Shown in pieces: positions 48,550-53,212 of a stretch of 53,212 nucleotides of DNA. This DNA comes from Prorocentrum cordatum. Lineage: Eukaryota. The notes beneath the pieces were generated by a model. The model was not told where the DNA came from. It did no database searches and was given only the letters and a program-made list of their open reading frames with translations. Position numbers and translations under genes: made by a program. The stretch spans positions 62,001-115,212 of the forward strand of contig CAUYUJ010000334.1 in assembly GCA_963575745.1 (NCBI GenBank), given 5' to 3'. Positions within the stretch are counted from its first letter, which is position 1, and each line of letters opens with the position of its first letter.

Positions 48550-48945
48550 CTCCCTATGAGGCCACGGAACTTGTGAGGGGTGTAACAACATGGGTGCTGG
48601 GCGGCATGCCAACGCTTCCACTGTGGCTTTCGGTGGTGCTCCATATGGGGCCACGAGACGTGTGAGGGGTGTGCCGAACTGGTGAGGGGTGGCATGCGAA
48701 CGCTCCCACTGGGGCTTTCGGTGGTGCTCCCTATGGGGTCACGAAGCGTGCGAGGGATGTGCCGAAATGGGTGCGGGGCAACATGCAAACACTCCCACCG
48801 GGGCCTCCGGCCTCCTGTGGGGTCACGAAGCGTGTGAGGGGTGTGCCGAACTGGGTGTGGGGCCGCATGCGAACGCTCCCGCTGGGGCCTCCAGCGGACT
48901 CCCTATGGGGTCACGAAGCGTGTGAGGGGTGTGCCGAGATGGCTG
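48550..48945. repeat. Tandem repeat, ~87-bp unit, about 5 copies
   Basis: GGGGTCACGAAGCGTGTGAGGGGTGTGCCGA-like motif near 48561, 48651, 48738, 48823 and 48911. Confidence 0.8.
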
Positions 48946-49389
48946 ATGTGCGGAGGGCAGAGGCTGGGATTGGAGGAGGGACGGGGGGCAGCGGGAGGAG
49001 TGGACGCGGGGCGCTCTCTCTCCAAAGCGAAGGCCCGACAGTCCAGTATGCCTGGCGAAACTCCTGGGGAAGGGGTCCAGACCTCAGGAGGCGCACGTTG
49101 TGAAACAGTCACGACGCTGGCGTTCTGGGCCTTCCTCCTACGGGCGGGAGGTTTGGCAAATCTCGGAGAGTTGAGGCTTCGGGACTGGGACGTGCCCAGC
49201 GTGTCGCGCCGAAGCGTGGTGGGCCAGAGCCAGCTGAGCATACGCTCCTGACCGTGGTTAGCCCCCTACAGCTGGTGCCCTTTAGGAAACGCGCGCGGTG
49301 AAGGAATCGAGCGGCACAAGGGGTTGCTTAGCAAACGCGCAGGGCAGCTCATTAGACGCCGTTGATGGGGACCATGGTGTTTCATACAC

Positions 49390-49420
<31 letters not shown>

Positions 49421-49460
49421 GTAAATCTGTACATGCATATCTATCTTACATATATATATA

Positions 49461-49494
<34 letters not shown>

Positions 49495-50146
49495 TTCTGA
49501 TTATATATATATATATATAGGTGTGTGAGTGTGTGTTTATGTATACACATGTACTTGTGTATTCATACATACGCACATACATCGGTACGGCAAGTTCGTG
49601 TCGTGACGACTGTTGCGTTGCCTTCTGGCACCGCGCGGACCGTTCGATGTCGGCGGACTCCTGGCCGCCAGCGGCATTCCAGCTTCCACGCCCGCGCCGG
49701 GGTCGCCGCCGCGCCGCCGCGGCGCGAGCCTGCCGTGTGCTCGTCTCCCCCGCGGCCAGCCTCGCCCAGGGGGACGCAGAGGTGGGGCACGGGGCAGAGA
49801 TGGGGGTCCAAGAAGGACAATCGCTCCAGACGAGAGGGCCCCTGGGAGGAGGGCGTGTGGCCGGCTCCAGGATCCCTGAGCCCAGGGCTGCTGCCGTTTC
49901 TTGGGGGCCCAGCTTCTGCTTCCGCCGCGCTCCGCCAGCACTTCGCCAGCGGAGCCGCCCGCGTGTTGCTCCCGCCCCCCAGGGGGAGAGACGGCAGCTC
50001 GTTTGATCCTCGAAAGCGAGGCCCGTTCGGGAACGCCTCGTGTGAGCAGTCAATTGAACACTGAATTCTGATGGTATGAGAATTCATCGTATGCTGCCCT
50101 CTCCCTCCCAAGGCCGGTCGGACCTAGGGAGGTGATCAAACTAGGG

Positions 50147-50297
50147 TTAGGTCGGGGATGTCCTCCTGCAGGCGGATCTTGGACGAAAGTTCAAAGACAG
50201 CCAAAACATACTCGAAAGCAGTAAAACAATCATCCCCAGCTTATTTTTTTCGACTGTTCTTGAATCTTCCTCTTGTGGAAGGGCAGGCCCGACTTCA
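50147..50297 (+). mobile_element. MITE family A copy
   Basis: Both TIRs; decayed TSD AACTAGGG/AACCGGGG. Confidence 0.8.
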
Positions 50298-50972
50298 AAC
50301 CGGGGTGCCCTGCAGCGGCAGGCTGGGGCACGCGGCGGGCCGCGTGGTCGCAGGGGGGCCCCGGGAGGCCAGGGAGACGCAGCAGCAGGGAGGGGAGCGA
50401 GGAGGAGAGGCGGGAGAAGGGAGCGAGGCGGGGCCGCACCAGTCGAGGCCCCCGCCGGCTGCTCCGAGGACCCCCAGACGCAGCTGCCCCGATGCGCAGC
50501 ACGCAGCCTCGTAGCGCACGGATGCGGAGCTCAACGCGTAGACTGAGTGCGTGCGTTTTGAGCACGGACGTCTTGAGCACGGCACGCGTTGCGCCTCAAC
50601 ACGCGCGTCTCAGAGCAGCGGCCGGCTTCGCTCTCTGCGCCCCCACCTCGTGGTCAGAAAACCTCCCCCTGCCTCTGCCGGAGCCCCCCCGGCTCGTGAG
50701 CCTAACCCTCCCCTCGCCGCCGCGCCCGCTGCGCCGCGGCCGCTCCTTCGGAGGTGGGCGCGTCCTCGTAGATGGCCGACTGGCGCTGCGAGGAGGACCC
50801 CAGGTCGCGGCTGAAGATCGACCTCGGGCGGCCGACGGCGGCCGCCCGAGGATGATGACGACGATGGCGACGACGATGGCGGTGGTGGTGGTGGTGGTGG
50901 AGGTGGAGGTGATGAAGCTGATGATGCTGATGCTGATGCTGATGCTGCTGATGCTGATGCTGATGCTGATGC

Positions 50973-51016
<44 letters not shown>

Positions 51017-51022
51017 CTGATT

Positions 51023-51061
<39 letters not shown>

Positions 51062-51441
51062 TCGACGACGACGATGACGATGACGATGCTGATGCTGATG
51101 ATGCTGATGATGATGCTGCTGCTGATGATGATGACGGTGATGACGGTGATGCTGATGATGATGCTGCTGATGATGAGGATGCTGAGGCGGAGATCGGTCG
51201 ATCGATCAGTCGGTCGAGGGCCTTGTCCTCCTCCTCGTCCTCCTCCTCCTCCTCCCTCTCCTCCTCTGGACGAGGATCAGGAGCAGCCTCCAGCTTCTAG
51301 TGGCGATGCTCTGCTCCACGGCGCCCTCTGCCGCCAGCCCCAGAGGCGAGCAGCCCGGGGTCGATGCCGATGGCGACGCCATGCCCAGACTTTTTCCGTC
51401 GGCGGCGAGGCAGAATGGCTGCACCAGCGATTGAGCTAGAC

Positions 51442-51660
51442 TTAGGTCGGGCATGTCCTCCTACAGGCGGATTTTGGGCGGAAAATCAAACATAATCAAA
51501 CATACCCAAAAACAAATAATGGAACAATAATCGAAAAAGCGTCCCAAGACTTATATATGTACATCTATCATATATATATATATATATATATGCTTGTTTC
51601 TATTATTTTTATGTTTCTAAGTCTGAATATTCCTCCTGTAGAGGGACGTGCCCGACTTAA
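51442..51660 (+). mobile_element. MITE family A copy
   Basis: Near-consensus TIRs; TSD (A)GCTAGAC; internal (TA)n. Confidence 0.88.
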
Positions 51661-53060
51661 GCTAGACGGGGGCACCGAGAAGCGAATTGGCCAGCATGCA
51701 GGAGGGGGAAGAGGACGGATCAGGGCGCCATAGCCAGACGTGCAGTGTCCTGGTTGTTGAATGCGGGGCCCTGGCACTCCCGACCCTTTCTCCGAGGCAT
51801 CTGCTTCATCCCGAGTCGGCTCTGGACGGCCACAAAACTCGAAACCGGGGCCCAGAGCCCGAAAGCAGCAAAAAGCCGACGTCCTGTTTTTGTTCGAGAC
51901 GCTGGATGTCTGGGTATCGAGAAAAAACAAGGCTGGCGGCAAGATCGCCCAATGCCAGCATGGCACCTGCGTGATTAAGAACAACATATTCTGCGCCGTC
52001 GAGCCGGAGAAGAGGAACGAACAACTGCATAACCACAAACTTTCGGAGGTCCGCGCGGATTTCTTGGGTCGGCGCTGGGGCCCCTTCGCTGGCGCGCGGA
52101 GCGCGCTAATGGCGGCGCCAAGAGGCGCTGCCAGGGGAGCCCCAGCGCCGAGCCGAGAGATCCGCGCGGACACATGAGCAAAGATCTGTTTATGCACTTT
52201 TTCGTCGACCACTGCCAGGGAGGCACCTGCATGTCTGACAGCATCAAGTCCTGCACCGCCGATCCAGGATTCTGCGCCCACATCCTCCTTCCCTCTCGCT
52301 TGCGCCCAGATTCAGGGCGCGCACCCCACGCGTACCCACCCACCACCGCGAACCGCACCACGAAGCCGAAGCCGGAGCGGACCGACCGCGCCAGGATGCC
52401 CAGCAGCGCCGTGCCGGGACCGGGCCACGTTGGCTTACCGAAGCTATCGGACGGGAATCGGATCGGGAGGAGGAGGAGGAGGAGGAGGAGGAGGAGGAGG
52501 AGGAGGAGGAGGAGGAGGAGGAGGAGGAGGAGGAGGAGGAGGAGGAGGAGGAGGAGGAGGAGGAGGAGGAGGAGGAGGAGGACGGGGAGGAGATCGGGTC
52601 GATCAGATCGAAGGAGATCCTGCCGTCCTGGGCACGCCCCCGCGCGCACGCACCAGCGCGAGCCGCACCCCTGCGCGCTGCAGCACCGTCCTCAGACTTC
52701 CGGCGAGCAGAATTCTTCTCTCAATCCGCGGCCCCAGAGCTCCCGAGCGCTTCCCTCGGGGTAGTTTTTGCATCCCGGACCAACCTTCGATGTCCCAGGG
52801 CCAGACAGCGGCCCTCCCGGAGGCCGTCCTCGAAGAACAAGAACATGCTTTCTCAAAATACCGCCCGTGCGGCAGCAGACCTGAAAGAGGCTTTCACAGG
52901 TCACGATGGGGGGCCGCCTGGGAGCCACGAGGGGGTGCCACCAGGAGGGGCCCCAAGGGCCACGATGGGCAGCCGACTTCGGGGGGCCTGGCATCCCCTA
53001 CAAGGTGTTCGAATAACGACATTCAACCCCTGTGAGCAAGCTGTTCAGAGAGCCGTACCG

Positions 53061-53203
53061 CAGGGATCGACCTAAACAGTGTATTTCGTTTTCGATTTGT
53101 TTTCGTTACCCTCGTTTTGTCTTCAACCCGCCTTTGCTGCAAAACGAAATCGAAGCGACAACTGCCCACGAAATCGCCAAAACACCGTTTAGGTCGACCC
53201 CTG
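53061..53203. mobile_element. hAT-type MITE
   Basis: 22-bp TIR CAGGGATCGACCTAAACAGTGT / ACACCGTTTAGGTCGACCCCTG; 8-bp TSD CCGTACCG/CCGTGCCG. Confidence 0.8.
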
Positions 53204-53212
53204 CCGTGCCGT

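Noticed and set aside
48550..48945. CRISPR-like array
   Set aside because: The inter-repeat segments are homologous to each other, there are no cas genes, and the context is eukaryotic.

Overview
Eukaryotic, GC-rich, repeat-saturated DNA, almost certainly from a dinoflagellate because it carries two relics of the dinoflagellate spliced leader (DinoSL, DCCGTAGCCATTTTGGCTCAAG). The repeat style suggests Prorocentrum, but that is inference. Only one host gene is recognisable: an intronless CDC73/parafibromin (Paf1 complex) ORF on the minus strand (28322-29587), with a degenerate full-length SL upstream, so probably a retrogene. The other coding unit is a full-length ~5.7 kb non-LTR retrotransposon on the minus strand (13341-19051). 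It begins with an exact 15-nt SL relic, sits in a (CAT)n tract, has the unusual ORF2 order APE endonuclease - RNase H - RT, and has FADN at the RT active site. The rest is nested non-autonomous elements and microsatellites. These include 17 copies of one MITE with 8-bp target site duplications (TSDs), all in the same orientation; four unrelated MITE families sharing TCGGG...CCCGA ends and 5-bp TSDs; Tc1/mariner-like and hAT-like MITEs; and a probable non-autonomous Helitron. The GTT/GAT/GTA/GT microsatellites are strongly strand-polarised. Most ORFs in the supplied track are artefacts of GC-rich or microsatellite sequence. All comparisons were made by eye.
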